64,000 nt of DNA from Mobula hypostoma (Eukaryota), in the NCBI RefSeq assembly GCF_963921235.1, contig NC_086108.1:113462001-113526000 (forward strand). Direction: 5' to 3'. Below are positions 50,713-64,000 of the stretch, in pieces. The notes below the pieces were generated by a model. That model saw only the letters and a list, made by a program, of their open reading frames with translations. It did not search any database and was not told where the DNA came from. A program made the translations under genes and the position numbers. Numbering within the stretch: the stretch's first letter is position 1; the number at the start of each line of letters is the position of its first letter.

Positions 50713-53555
50713 ATGGGGAGTTGGAGGATAAATGTGTGGCTGAGGGACTGGAGCAGGGGGCAGGGATTCAGATTTCTGGATCATCAGGACCTCTTTAGGG
50801 GCAGGTGTGACCTGTACAAAAAGGGCGGGTTGCACTTGAATCCAAAGGGGACCAATATCCTGGCAGGGAGGTTTGCTACGGCTACTGGGGAGAGTTTAAA
50901 CTAGAATTGCTGGGGGCAGGGTGGGAACCGAACTTGAGATGGAGGAATGGGCGGTTGGCTCACAAATAGAGAAAGCTTGGAGACAGTGCGAGAGGGAGGA
51001 TAGGCAGGTGATAGAGAAGGGATACGCTCAGATTGATGGTTTGAGATGTGTCTATTTTAATGCAAGAAGCACCATGAACAAAGCAGATGAGCTTAGAGCG
51101 TGGATCAGTACTTGGAGCTATGATGTGATGGCCATTACAGAGATGTGGATGGCTAAGGGGCAGGAATGGTTAATTAGAGTGCCAGGCTTCAGATGTTTCA
51201 GAAAGGACAGAGAGGGAGGTAAAAGAGGTGGGGGCATAGCACTGCTGATTAGAGACAGGGTCACAGCTGCAGAAAAGGAGGAGGTCATGGAGGGATTGTC
51301 TACTGAGTCTCTGTGGGTGAAGTTAGGAACAGGAAGGGGTCAATAATTCTACTGGGTTTTTTTTTTATAGACCACCCAATAGTAACTGGGACACTGAGGA
51401 GCAGATAGGGAGACAGATTCTGGAAAGGTGTAATAATAACAACAGGGTTGTCATGGTGGGAGATTTTAATTTCCTAAATATTGATTGGCATCTCCCTAGA
51501 GCAAGGGGTTTAGATGGGGTGGAGTTTGTTAGGTGTGCTCAGGAAGGTTTCCTGACACAATATGTGGATAAGCCTACAAGAGGAGAGGCTGTACTTGATC
51601 TGGTATTGGGAAATGAACCTGGTCAGCAGTCAGGTCTCTCAGTGAGAGGGATAGGAACAGACAAGTTAGGAAAGCGTTTAATTGGAGTAAGGGGAAATAT
51701 GAAGCTATCAGGCAGGAACTTGGAAGCATAAATTGGAAACAGATGTTCTCAGGGAAAGGTAAGGCAGAAATGTGGCAAACGTTCAGGGGATATTTGCGTG
51801 GCATTCTGCATAGGTACATTCCAATGAGACAGGTAAAGGATGGTAGGGTACAGGAACCATGGTGTACAAAATGTTGAAAATCTCGTCAAGAAGAAAAGAA
51901 AAGCTTCCTAAGGTTCAAAAAAATGGGTAATGATAGAGATCTAGAAGATTATAAGGCTAGCAGGAAGGAGCTCAAGAATGAAATTAGGAGAGCCAGAAGG
52001 GGCCATGAGAAGGCCTTGGCGAACAGGATTAAGGAAAACCCCAAGGCATTCCACAAATGTGAAGAGCAAGAGGATAAGAAGTGAGAGAATAGAATAAGTG
52101 TGACAGTGGAAAAGTGTGTACGGAACTGGAGGAGATAGCAGAGGTACTTAATGAATACTTTGCTTCAGCATTCATCTCAGAGAAGGATCTTGGTGATTGC
52201 AGGGATGAATTACAGTGGATTGAACAGCTGGAGCATATAGACATTAAGAAAGAGGATGTGCTGGAGCTTTTGGAAAGCATCAAGTTGGATAAGTCTCCGG
52301 GACCGGATGAGATGTACCCCAGGGTACTGTGGGAGGTGAGGGAAGAGATTGCTGAGCTTCTGACGATAATCTCTGCATCATCAATGAGGACGGGAGAGGT
52401 TCCAGAGGATTGGAGGGTTGCGAATGTTGCTCCCTTATTCAAGAAAGGGAGTAGAGATAGCCCAGGAAATTATAGACCAGTGAGTCTTACTTCAGTAAGT
52501 TGATGGAGAAGGTCCTGAGAGGCAGAACTTATGAACATTTAGAGAGGCATAATATGATTAGGAATCATCAGCATGGCTTTGTCAAAGGCAGGTCTTGCCT
52601 TATGAACCATTCTCCTCATGATTCTTATAAATAACTCAATATTGTGTGCAGCTTTGGTCACCAACCTGCAGGAAAGCTGTAAAGAAGGTTAAAAGAGTGC
52701 AGGGAAAATTTACAAGGATGTTGCCGGGTCTGGAGAACCTGAGTTATAAGGAAAGATTGAATAGGCTATGACTGTATTCCTTAGAACATAAAAGATTCAG
52801 AAGAGATTTGATTGAAGTATACAAAATATAGCATCAATGGTAAGACTCTTGGCAGTGTGGAGGATCAGAGGGATCTTGGGGTCCGAGTCTATAGGACACT
52901 CCAAAGCTGCTGTGCAGGTTGACTCTGTGGTTAAAAAGGCATACGGTGCATTGGGCTGCATCAATTGTAGGATTGAGTTTAAGAGATGAGAGTAATGTTG
53001 CAGCTATATAGGACCCTGGTCAGTCCCCACTTGGAGTACTGTGCTCAATTCTGGTCGCCTCACTACAGGAAGGACGTGGAAACCATAGAAAGGGTGCAGA
53101 GGAGATTTACAAGGATATTGCTTGGATTGGGGAGCATGCCTTATGAGAATAGGTTGAGTAAACTCGGCCTTTTCTCCTTGGAGCGGCAAAGGATGAGGTG
53201 ACCTGATAGAGGAGATAGAAAATGATGACAGGCATTGATCATGTGGATAGTCAGAAGCTTTTTCCCAGGACTGAAATGGCTAACAGAAGAGGACACAGTT
53301 TTAAGATGATTCGAAGTAGGTACAGAGGAGATGTCAGGGGTAAGTTTTTTTATGCAGAGAGTGGTGAGTGCATGGAATGGGCTGCCAGCAACGGTGGTGG
53401 AGGTGAATACGATAAAGTCTTTTAAGAGACTCCTGGATAGGTACATGGAACTTAAAAAATAGAGGGTTATGGGAAACCCTAGGTAACTTCTGAGGTACAT
53501 ATTCGGCACAGCATTGTGGGTCAAAGGGCCTGTATTGTGCTGCAGGTTTTCTATG
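50713..53555 (+). mobile_element. Long degraded CR1 (ORF1 end, APE, linker, RT ends) with deletions and inserts
   Basis: GFRFLDH..GLHLN, NARSTMNK, GDFNF, KSPGPD, NYRPVSLTS, PHLEYCAQFWSP. Confidence 0.9.
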
Positions 53556-55250
53556 TTTCTCTGACTACCTCATCTTGAATGCCGAGGGACTGAACCTCCT
53601 TGACCAAACTCCCATGTAAGACCTTGTCAAATGCCTTGCTAAAATCCATGTTGCCAACATCTACTACCTTGCCTTCATTCACTTTCCTGGTAACTTCCTC
53701 GAAGGACTCTACAAGATTGGTTAGACATGACCTACCATGCATGAAGCCATACTGACTATCCTTAATCAGTCCATGTCTACCCAAATACTTACGCATCCAA
53801 TCCCTTAGAATACCTTCCAATAACTTTCCCACAACTGATGTCAGACTCACCGGCCTGTAATTTACTGTATTATCTTTAGAGCCTTTTTTAAACTGCAGAA
53901 TAACATTTGTTCCAATCCTCCGGTACCTCTCCTGTCATTAAGGATGAGTTAAGTATCTTTGCTGTGGCCCTGGCAATTTCTGCATTTGCCTCCCTTAGGG
54001 TGTGTGGGGACCCCTTAGACCATAAGGCCATAAGACGTAGGAGAAGAATTCAGCCATTCAGCCCATCGAGCCGCTCCACCATTTCATCATGGCCAATCAC
54101 AGATCATTCAATTTCATACACCTGCCTCTCGCCATATCCTTTGATGCCCTGACCGATAGGGAAACGATCAACTTCCATCTCAAATATACCCATGGACTCG
54201 GCCTCCACCGCAGTCTGTGGCAGAGCATTCCACAGATTCACCACCCTCTGGTTAAAAAAAATTCCTCCTTACCTCTGTTCTAAAAGGTCACCCCTCAGTT
54301 TTGAGGCTGTGCCCTCTAGTTCTGGATACCCCCACCATAGGAAACATGCTCACCACATCTACCCTATCTAGTCCTTTCAACATTTGGTAGGTTTCAATGA
54401 GTTTCTTCTGCATTCTTCTAAATTCCAGTGAGTACAGGCCCAGAACTGCCAAACACTCCTCATATGTTAACCCCTTCATTCCCAGAATCATCCTCATCAA
54501 CCTCCTCTGGACTCTCTCCAATGACAACACATCCTTTCTAAGATAATGGGCACAAAACTGTTGACAATATTCCAAGTGCAGCCTGACTAGTGGCTTATAA
54601 AGGTTCAGCATTATCTCCTTGCTTTTATATTCTATTCCCCTTGAAATAAATGCCAACATTGCATTTGCCTTCTTTACCACAGACTCAACCTGTAAATTAA
54701 CCTTCTGGGAGTCTTGCACAGGGATTCCCAAGACCCTCTGCACCTCTGATGTTAGAAACTTCTCCCCATTTAGATAATAGTCCCCACTGTTGTTCCTTTT
54801 ACCAAAATGCATTATTATATATTTCCTGACATTGTATTCCATCTGCCACTTTTTTGCCCATTCTTTCAATAAATAGAAGATGGCTTTCTTTTCTGACATT
54901 ATGCCCTCTGCTTGTAGATTCCCCCACTACTTCATACATCCTCTCCACATCCGCTCTGTCTAGGCCTTTCAATATTCGATAGGTTTCAGTGAGATCACCC
55001 CTCATTCTTCTAAACTCCAGTACAGATGCAGAGGTGTCAAACGCTCCTCGTATGCTAACCTTTCCACTCCTGCCATCAGGGTCTTTTCACCCGAGCATTC
55101 TTAAGGATTCCAGGTGCAGTGTCACCGACATTCAGTATAATTGGAGAAAGGTGTTCCTTGTCTTGTAAATAAATCCTTCTGCATTGGAGACCAACATACC
55201 ATTTGCTTTCCTGATTGCTTGTTGATCGTGCCATTGACTTTCAGAGATTC
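53556..55250 (-). mobile_element. Cluster of antisense CR1 fragments
   Basis: ORFs 53551-53850 (DFSKAFDKV), 54288-54899 (HLEYCQQF) and 54799-55005. Confidence 0.88.
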
Positions 55251-56444
55251 ATGAAGAAAAACACCCTGGTGCCTCAGAATGGCAACAACTTTTCATCCCT
55301 CTCCATTTTGCCTGCTATTCAGCATCCACACCAGGACCACCAGACTCAAAAACAGTTACTTCTCCCAAGCAGTAAGGCTGATCAACACCTCCACCCACTA
55401 ACCCTCCGTATCACATCACTCTCTCACTTGCTACTTCAAACAGCAACTCACTCCCAAGAAGACTTGCCTGACGAGGTTGTCATAGACAGGGGAGGTACTG
55501 GGGACAACCTCCCACCACCTATTGAATGGCATGCATCTCAGATAGCTTCTGACAACCAAGTCCAGCTCCCGGCCTTCACATGTGGCTTAGCCACTAAGCC
55601 CAGCAGAACCATTTCTAGCGACGGGAGAAGGGGCAAAGGAGGATTACTGGTGCCCTAAAACCAGTCACTCTGGACAGATGGAGTTCGGCAGCCAGTTGGC
55701 AGCTCATCTAGGAGAAGAAAACTCCAATCTCAAACTTCCACTGCCTTGTGGCTATACCCACTCATAGGGAAGGATTCAGGAGTAAACCGCAAGGAAATAT
55801 CCAGAGCTGGTGTCCTTAAGGCAATCCTCTTGAGTTCAATGCTGACTGGCGACTCCTGTGACACCACTGGAGACAAATTGTATCGGTCTCTGCCGTACCT
55901 TTGGATTCATCAGGTTCATGGAGTGGGAGAACCTGCTGCATGGGTAACAGCTTACTCTCCATATGGGAAGCCCTGGCTTGTGTACTGGCTGGCATATCAT
56001 GTAGACAGCTAGGATGCAATATGCATCGTTGACATCAACCAACACAGGGCTTCAGTATTAGGACTTTTTAAGTGCAGGAGAATGAGGGGAGATTTAATAG
56101 GGATATACAAAATTATGAGGGTTACTGTTAAGGTAAATGCAAATAGGCATTTTCCACCGAGGTTGGGTGAGACTAGAACTAGAGGTCATTTGATAAGGGT
56201 GAGAGGTGAAATATTGTAGGGGAACACGAGAGAGAATTTCTTCACTCAGAGGGTGGTGCGACTTTGGAATGAACCGCCAGTGGAAGTTATGGATGAGGGT
56301 TTGATTTCAACAAATTTGAAAGGGTACATGGATGGGATGTAAAATGCTGCCAGCAATCATCGATGTTTCTCTGTGGGCTGCAGGAAAATAAATCTCAGGG
56401 TTGTATGTGGTGACATGTATGTACTTTGCTAATAAATTTACATT

Positions 56445-57685
56445 GAATTGAATTTATTTGTTACATTCTTAACATGAGGAGTAAAAATCTTTATGTTACA
56501 TCTCCATCTAAATGTGCAATATGTAGTCATAGTAATTTATAATAATTTATAATAAATAGAACGGTCTATATTACATTGACTGTTCTATTTATTATCAGCG
56601 TGAGTTCATCAGTCTGATGGCCTGGTGGAAGAAGCTGTCCCGGAGCCTGTTGGTCCTGGCTTTTATGCTGTGGTATCACTTCCTGGATGGTAGCAGCTGG
56701 AACAGATTGTGGTTGGGATGGCTTGGGTCCCCAATGGTCCTACGGGGCCTTTTTACACACCTGTCCTTGTAAATGTCCTGAATGATGGGAAGTTCACATC
56801 TACAGATGCGCTGGACTGTCCGCACCACTCTCTGCAAAGCCCTGCGATTGAGGCAAGTACAGTTCCCATACCAGGCAGTGATGCAGTCAGTCAGGACGCT
56901 CTCAATTGTGCCCATGTAGAAAGCTCTTAGGATTTGGGGGCCCATACCAAACTTCCTCAACCGTCTGAGGTGAAAGAGGCGCTGTTGTGTCTTTTTCACC
57001 ACACAACTGTTGTGTACAGACCACATGAGGTCCTCGGTGATGTGGATGCTGAGGAACTTGAAGCTGTTTACCCTCTTCTGCTGTCAATAGGGGTTAGCCC
57101 ATCTCTATTCCTCCTGTAATCTACAACCAGCTCCTTTGTTTTTGCGACATTGAGGGAGAGATTGTTTTCTAGACACCAGCGTCAGAGAGATGATTTCTTC
57201 CCTGCAGGCCACCTCGTTATTGTTTGAGATAAGACAAATCAATGTAGTGTCGTCAGCAAATTTAATCAGCAGATTGGAGCTGTGGGTGGCGATACAGGGA
57301 GTAAAGGAGGGGATTCAGTATGCAGCCGAGGGGCTCCTGTATTAAGAGTCAGAGGGTTGGAGGTGAGGGAGCTCACTCCTACGACCTGCTGGCGATCTGA
57401 CAGGAAGTCCAGGATCCAGCTGCACAAGGCAGGGTCAAGGCCGAGGTCTCTGAGCTTCCTGTCGAGCCTGGATGGAATTATGGTGTTGAATGCTGAACTG
57501 TAGTCCAAGAACAGCATTCTCACATAAGTATCCTTCTTCTCCATTTGTGTGAAAAGGTATATAGAGTAGTGGCTATTGTGTCATCTGTTGATCGGTTGTG
57601 TTGGCGAATTGTAGGGGGTCCAGTTTGGGTCGCAGCAGGCTGCAGATGTAATCCTTGACCAGCCTCTCAAAGCATTTGCTTGTTA
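56445..57685 (-). mobile_element. Rex1/Babar LINE 3' portion
   Basis: [36 protein letters not shown]; (ATTCA)n tail. Confidence 0.9.
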
Positions 57686-60582
57686 TTACTTTGGGAAGGG
57701 TATGGAGGGCTATGGTCTAGGCATGGATTCGATGTGCCAAAGGGCCTGTCTCTTTATGTAGTTCTCTACGACTCAATGATCCAGCCGATGACAAGTGTTA
57801 TTTGATGACCTTGCATTGTAAGCTAACTGAACCTGTACTGGCAGAACTAACAGAACTTGCATTCTTCTAGTCTAGTGGAACAATAAATACTTCCCGGAGG
57901 AATCAGTGGTCGAGAGATGGAAGTAAATAACCTGATGCTGCAGTGAGGAACATGCTCTTGGCAGTTTAAGTGCTTCAGCAGACTGCAGTTCAGTCTGGCC
58001 TGCCACTAGACGTGGAGCTCTGCAGCCACCACTCCCCGTTTCTGGAATTCTCACATCCGCAGAGGGACAATAATCATTTAACCATCAGTTATCACAAGTG
58101 TGCCTCGGAAAGTAGAAAAGGGAAGTCTGTATCACTGTCTGCACACATAACACAGGCAAACAGGAATAAGCCACTCAGACCCTCGCCCCTATTCCACCAA
58201 TCAACCTGCTCATGGCTGACAGCAGATAATGAATTGATGCTTGCCCAATTTTAGCACCGAGCCTGATAAAAAGATTAAGGCATCGCAGCCGAGGGCAGAG
58301 GATGAACTGCCGTTCAGTTCACTAGTCTGCGAGTCTCTACTTGCCTCAGCGCTGAACTGACTCTGCAGCAGTGTCTTTGCAGACATGGGCACTTCCCTCA
58401 GTATTGAAGCTCCGCGACTGTGGGCTCATTTCCGGTCAGTCTGTGTTTTATCTATTTACTTTTCATGTTTGCACAATTGCTTCTTATTTTCCCCCATACT
58501 AGATGTTTTATGGTCTTTGTGAGGGGTCTTCGTGGATTCTCTGGTGCTGCTTTGTTTTGTGGCTGCTGCAAGAAGATGAACCCTAAGGTTATATATTGTG
58601 AAAATACTTCGATAATAAATCTCCTTTGATCTGCCCCAGGTCTCATCTCCTCTTCTGAGCAAGTTCCCTACTGCCCTCAGTCTCCTGATCTGTCAAGCAT
58701 TCCTCAAGAATTCCAGAGATTCCCCTCCCTCTGTGAGAAGAAATTCCGACACACCTCGGGCGGCGCAGTCGTGTAGCAGTTTGTGTAACGCTTTAAAGAG
58801 AGTGAACCCTTACAAGGCAGAAGGTCCCGATGGAGTACCTGGTAAGGGTCTGAAAACCGGTGCCAACCAACTAGTGGGGGTATTCAGGGACATTTTCATT
58901 CTCTCACTGCTACGGGCGGAAGTTCCCACTTGCTTCAAATAGGCAACAATTATACCAGTGTCTAAGAAGAATAATGTGGGCTTCCTTAATGAGTATCGCC
59001 CGGTAGCACTCAAATCGACAGTGATGAAATGCTTTGAGAGGTTGGTCATGACTAGACTGAACTCCTGCCTGGAGGAACTCAGCAGGTCAGGCAGCATCTA
59101 AAGAGGGGAATAAATGGTTGACATTTCGGGCCAGGATCCTTTATCAGGACTGGAAAGGATTCTGTCCACGACAAGCATAACTTCCTGGTGGCCAACCAGT
59201 TTAATTCCAATCTCCATTCCCACTCTGACATGAGAGCCCATGGCCTCCTCTACTGCCACAATAAGGCCACTCTCAAGTTGGAGGGAGCAACACCTCATAT
59301 TACGTCTACGTAGTCTCCAATCTGACGGCTTGAACATTGATTTCTCCAGCTTCCGGTAATCACTCCTCCTCCCTCCTTCCTTTTTTCCATTCCCCATTCT
59401 GGCTACACTCTCACCTCTTTTCTCTTCTCTGCACAAAACATCCCTCTGGTTCTCCCCTCCTTCTCTTTCTCCCATGATCCATTTCCATAGATGGAACCCG
59501 ACTTGCTGAGTTCTTCCAGCACTTTGTGCAAAGTCTGAAAACAGTTGTGTTCATACTCAACAAAAATTCTATCAGACTTTTCAATCATCTCAAAATAGCA
59601 TTTCAAGTGACCGAGCCCCAAAACAACAATGTCCAAATTACCCATAGGCAGAACACGTGTTCTGAATAAGCTTCTCTTCCAAATACAAGTTATTGTAGGA
59701 GTTTGAACCCTTCCAATTTTCTCAACGTGGCACCAGAAACACATTCCACTGGTGATATCAGGCAAACATGCTCCAATTACATCTCAGAATCAATAATTTA
59801 AAAAGAACGTTACATGGCAAGGAGATAATCCTATTTAATTACTGCTTGGGTTCGAGTGAGTATTTATAAATCACCTTGAGAAAAGGAACAGCCAGTGACT
59901 TTTTCCCCCCCAGAGTGGAAATGGCTAATATAAGGGGATATAATTTTAAGGTGAGGATGAAAGTATAGGGGGGGTGTCAGAGGAAAAGGGGTGGTTACAT
60001 GGAATACGCTGCCAGGGGTGGTGGTAGAGGCAAACACATTAGGGCCATTTAATAGATTCTTTAGATGGGCAATAGAAAAATGGAGGGCTATGTTGGAGGG
60101 AAGGGCTAGACTGGTCTTGGAGCAAGTTTGTATCATCACAGCATCAGGGTTGAAGGGCCTGCTCTGAGCTATAATGTTCCATGGTCTATGTTTTCAATGT
60201 ACCTTGGCATAAATGACAAAAATATACCATGCTGGCTCTGCCATGCAATCCTTTACCTTATTCTGATCTTACACCAACTCCCGAACCCTAGAGACACGGC
60301 TTTTCTGTTCAAGAGCACAGAAACACCAATGCCCTTGAACAGAAAACCCTACAAAAAGTAATGGATACAGCCTCGTCTACCATGGGTAAAGCCCTCCCCA
60401 GTACTGAGCACATTTACAAGGAGCACTGTCACAGGAAAACAGCAGCCATCATCAAAGACCCCATCATCTAAGCCACGCTCTCTTCTCACTGCTGCCATCA
60501 GGAAGGCAGTACAGAAACCTCAGGACCCACACCACCAGGTTCAGGAACAGTGACTACCCCTCAACCATCAGGCTCTTGAACC

Positions 60583-61558
60583 AGAAGAAGAAAAAGAAGA
60601 AGAATATCTTTATTGTCATTGTTGTGGAGCAATGAAACACAGTTTAGCAGCTCAACATTTTGCAGCATGACAAAGAATATATACAAAAATAAATTCCAAA
60701 ACCTCAGGAATGCAGTCCAAAATTAATAATATATGGATGGGGGGGTAGGACTATTGCACAACTGCCATTCCTGGAAGTGTGATGCATTTAGCTGCCGCCG
60801 TCTTAGGAGGGGGGCAGGAGAAGGGAAGTGGGTGTTATACATTTCACTGCTTGTGGGTAGAAGCTGTTAAGGAGTCTCTTTGTTTTCATCCTTAATGCTC
60901 TGTATCTCTTCCCAGAAGGCAGAGAGGAAAACAGGTGATGTCCAGGATGAGTGGGATCCTTTGAAATACAGGTAGCCTTCTTTTGAAGTCTGCCAGTATA
61001 AACGTCTCTGAGGGAGGGTAATGTTGTGCCAATAACCCGCTCTGCTACCCTCACCACCTGCTGCAAGTCCTTCCTGTTTTGTTCTGTGCAGCTGGCAAAC
61101 CACACTGCACAGCAATACGTCAGGAGGCTTCCGAAAGAAGTTGATCAGCAGGTGATGAGGGAGGAGAGCTTGCTTTAGCTTTCTTAGGAAGTAGAGCCTC
61201 TGTTGGGCCTTCCCCACCTGATAAGAGATATGGGCAGTCCAGGTGAGGTCAGCCGAGATGTGGACGCCGAGGAACTTGAAACTCTCTACTCTCTCCACCT
61301 CTTTCCCGTATATGTGCAGAGCAGAGTGCTCGACGCGCTTTGATTTCCTGAAGTCTACCATCAGCTCCTTGGTTTTTGTGATGTTCAAGTTCAAGTCCAG
61401 GTTATTATGACACCATTCTGTCACTCCTTCCTATAGGCTGTCTGATCACAGTCTGATATGATACCTATTAGGGTGGTATTGTCAGCAAATTTGACAATGG
61501 TGTTGGTGGAGTGAATGGCAGAGCAGTCATGGGTGAAAAGAGAATAGAGGATGGGGCT
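60583..61558 (-). mobile_element. Rex1/Babar 3' portion with (TTC)n tail
   Basis: LNITKTKELMVDFRK, FKFLGVHI, QRLYFLRKL, DPTHPGHHLFSSLPSGKRYR. Confidence 0.92.
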
Positions 61559-61820
61559 GAGAACAGAGGGGATAACTTCATTCACCCCAACACTGAAATT
61601 TCCCTACAACCTACAGATTCACTTTCAAGGACTTTTCACCTCATGTTCTCAATATTTATGCTTATTGATTCATTATCTTTTCTTTTCTCTTTCTCTATTT
61701 GCAGTTTGAAGTCTTCTGCAGTTTGGTTGTTTGTCCGTCGTGTTGGGTGTGGTCTTTCATTGATTCTACTGTGTTTCTTTGTATTTACTGTGAATGCCTA
61801 CAAGAAAATGAATCTCAGGG

Positions 61821-62585
61821 CAGGGGTCCCCAACCTCTTTTGCACCGCGGACCGGTTTAATATTGACAATATTCTTGCGGACCAGCCGACCCGGGGTGGG
61901 AGTGGGGGTGTTGAAGTTGGGTTAAACTCACCTCAACATGTCTTTTACAGTTCGGGTTGCCAACTTTCTCACTCTCAAATAAGGGACAAAAGTAGCAGTC
62001 ACATCCCGGGACACTTTACCCCAGAAAGACTACCATCTTGCGCGGGCACCCGTGTGCACATGCGCATACCTGTCGATTTTTTCCCCTGACAAATCGCTTT
62101 TGCCTTCATCTTCCTGACTACACTATACATACATTATTTCTACTTTATATAGGCTGTGTACTTATCATATCATTCCTGCTCCTACTATATGTTAGTGTTA
62201 TTTATTTTCGGTGTTGTGTGTTATTTGGTATGACTTGTTAGGTGATTTTCTGGGTCTGGGAACGCTTAAAATTTTTCCCATATAAATTAATGGTAATTGC
62301 TTCTTCGCTTCACGCCATTTCGGCACGAAAGGTTTCATCGGAATGCTCTATCTTAGCGGGGAAAATACGGGACAAGTGCAGTCCCCTATGGGATAAACAA
62401 AAATTTAGCCCAATATACGGGATGTCCCGGCAAATACGGGACAGTTGGCAACCCTATGTTCAAGTTGAACAGTGCGTGACAGGGAATGAGGAAAGGTGCA
62501 GCTGACTCATATCGTTTCCTCAGGCCCAGTAGCACATGCTTTGCGGCCTGATACCTGTCCATGGCCTGGTGGTTGGAGACCGCTG
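61821..62585. mobile_element. Composite non-autonomous DNA transposon (hAT-type MITE within a MITE)
   Basis: Outer TIRs CAGGGGTCCCCAACC / GGTTGGAGACCGCTG; inner TIRs GGGTTGCCAACT (61954-61965) / AGTTGGCAACCC (62443-62454). Confidence 0.8.
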
Positions 62586-64000
62586 GTATATGAAGACATA
62601 TATATATGTACCTTGATAATAAATGTACTTCAAACTTTGAACTTTGACTCAAAACTTTTCTCAGGTGTGTCCAATATCTTGAGCGACTGAGGTGCCACTG
62701 CTCCTTTTGGTAAATAATTCCAAATGATGGTGGAGCATGGTCGTGTAGTGATTTGTGTGACGCTATTCCAGTGCCAGCAACCTGGGTTCAATTTCCATCG
62801 TTGTCTGTAAGGACTTTGTATGTTCTCTCCGTGACAGTGTGGGTTTCTTCCAGGTGCTGCGGTTTCCTCCCACGTTCCAAAGATGTACGGATTGGGGTTA
62901 GTATGTTAAAACTATAAGACCATAAGGCATAGGAGAAAATTAGGCCATTCAGCCCATCTAGACTGCTCCACCATTCCATCATGGCTGATTTATTGTTCCT
63001 CTCAACCCCATTCTCCTGCCTTCTCCCCATAACCTTTGACACCTTGACTAATTAATTTACAATATATCAACAGCCTTAATAATTACTAATTAATTGGTCT
63101 CATGGGTGTAATTAAGTAGTGTGGCTCATTGCACTGGAAGAACCTGTTACCAAGCTGTATCTTGAAAGAAAATAAAGATTCGCTATGCTTTGGGTGAAGA
63201 AAGTTCTTCTCCTCTGTCCTGAATGGTCAACCCCTTGCTCTGGGTCTCATTCCCACACAGCCCCAGCGCTTAGCACCAAGTCTGAGTTTGATGCGAGTTC
63301 ACTGACCTGAAACGTTGACTGCTCCACAACTGTCGAGTATTTCTCCAGAACACCAGCCACTTCAAGCTCTGAAACCACAGGATTAGGAGGTTTAGCTGAC
63401 ATGCCATGAAGTTTGTTGTTTTGCAGCAGCTAGAAATTAATTAAAATTACAAAATAATAAATAGTGCAAAAGAAAAGGAAAACAGAGTGTCTAATAGGTT
63501 CATGTACTGTTCAGAATTTTTTTTTACGTTATGTTTTATTTAGTGATACAGTGTGGAACAGACCCTTCTGGCCAAACGAGCCACCGATTTAACCCGAGCC
63601 TAATCCAGGACAATTTACAATCACCAATTAACCTACTAACCAGTAGGCCTTTGGACCTTTGGACTGTGGGAGGAAACCAGAGCACCTGGAGGAAACTCAC
63701 AGTCACCGGGAGAACGTGCAAACTCCTCATAGGCAGCAGCAGAATTGAACTCTGGGCCCCGACGTCCCGAGCAGTAACAGCATCGTTCTAACCGCAATGC
63801 TGCCATGACACCCATGTTTTCTGATGGCGGAGGGGATGAAGCTGTTCCTAAAACAGTGTGTGCGTGTGTTTGTTTGAGACCCCTGCACCTTTTCCCTGAT
63901 GGTAACAACAAGAGGACATATCTGCATAGCAAGTGCCCTTCATGATGGATGCTGCCTTCCTGAGACACCACCTCCTGAGAAATGTCCTTGATGGTGGTGA

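Noticed and set aside
55440..56040. Possible HDV-like ribozyme in a second RTE-like leader (GCCTTCACATGTGGC)
   Set aside because: Could not identify consistent P1/P2 pairings by eye.
57930..58045. Possible minus-strand exon ETGSGGCRAPRL...QHQ
   Set aside because: Weak acceptor and donor, and no recognisable peptide.

Overview
Eukaryotic, repeat-saturated DNA. The repeat families (CR1 LINEs, HE1-like tRNA SINEs, Rex1/Babar, Penelope) suggest a cartilaginous fish, probably a ray; this is inference. Most long ORFs in the track are LINE ORF1/ORF2 pieces or their antisense shadows. The window holds many nested CR1 copies (one nearly full length with an SGNH-esterase ORF1), Rex1/Babar LINEs, an L1 3' end, RTE-like leaders, a Penelope element, a shattered Gypsy LTR element whose integrase lies on the opposite strand, and hAT transposons/MITEs. 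Three short minus-strand segments with splice signals (45 nt, 10 nt and an 83-nt terminal CDS) join in frame and may be the 3' end of an unidentified host gene. The most striking signal is RNA structure. An ~220-nt insert at 15.9-16.15 kb contains all hammerhead ribozyme core motifs with complementary stems, but in a non-circularly permuted (pseudoknotted) order. Separately, several Penelope-derived short repeats carry decayed minimal hammerheads, some in fold-back hairpin insertions.
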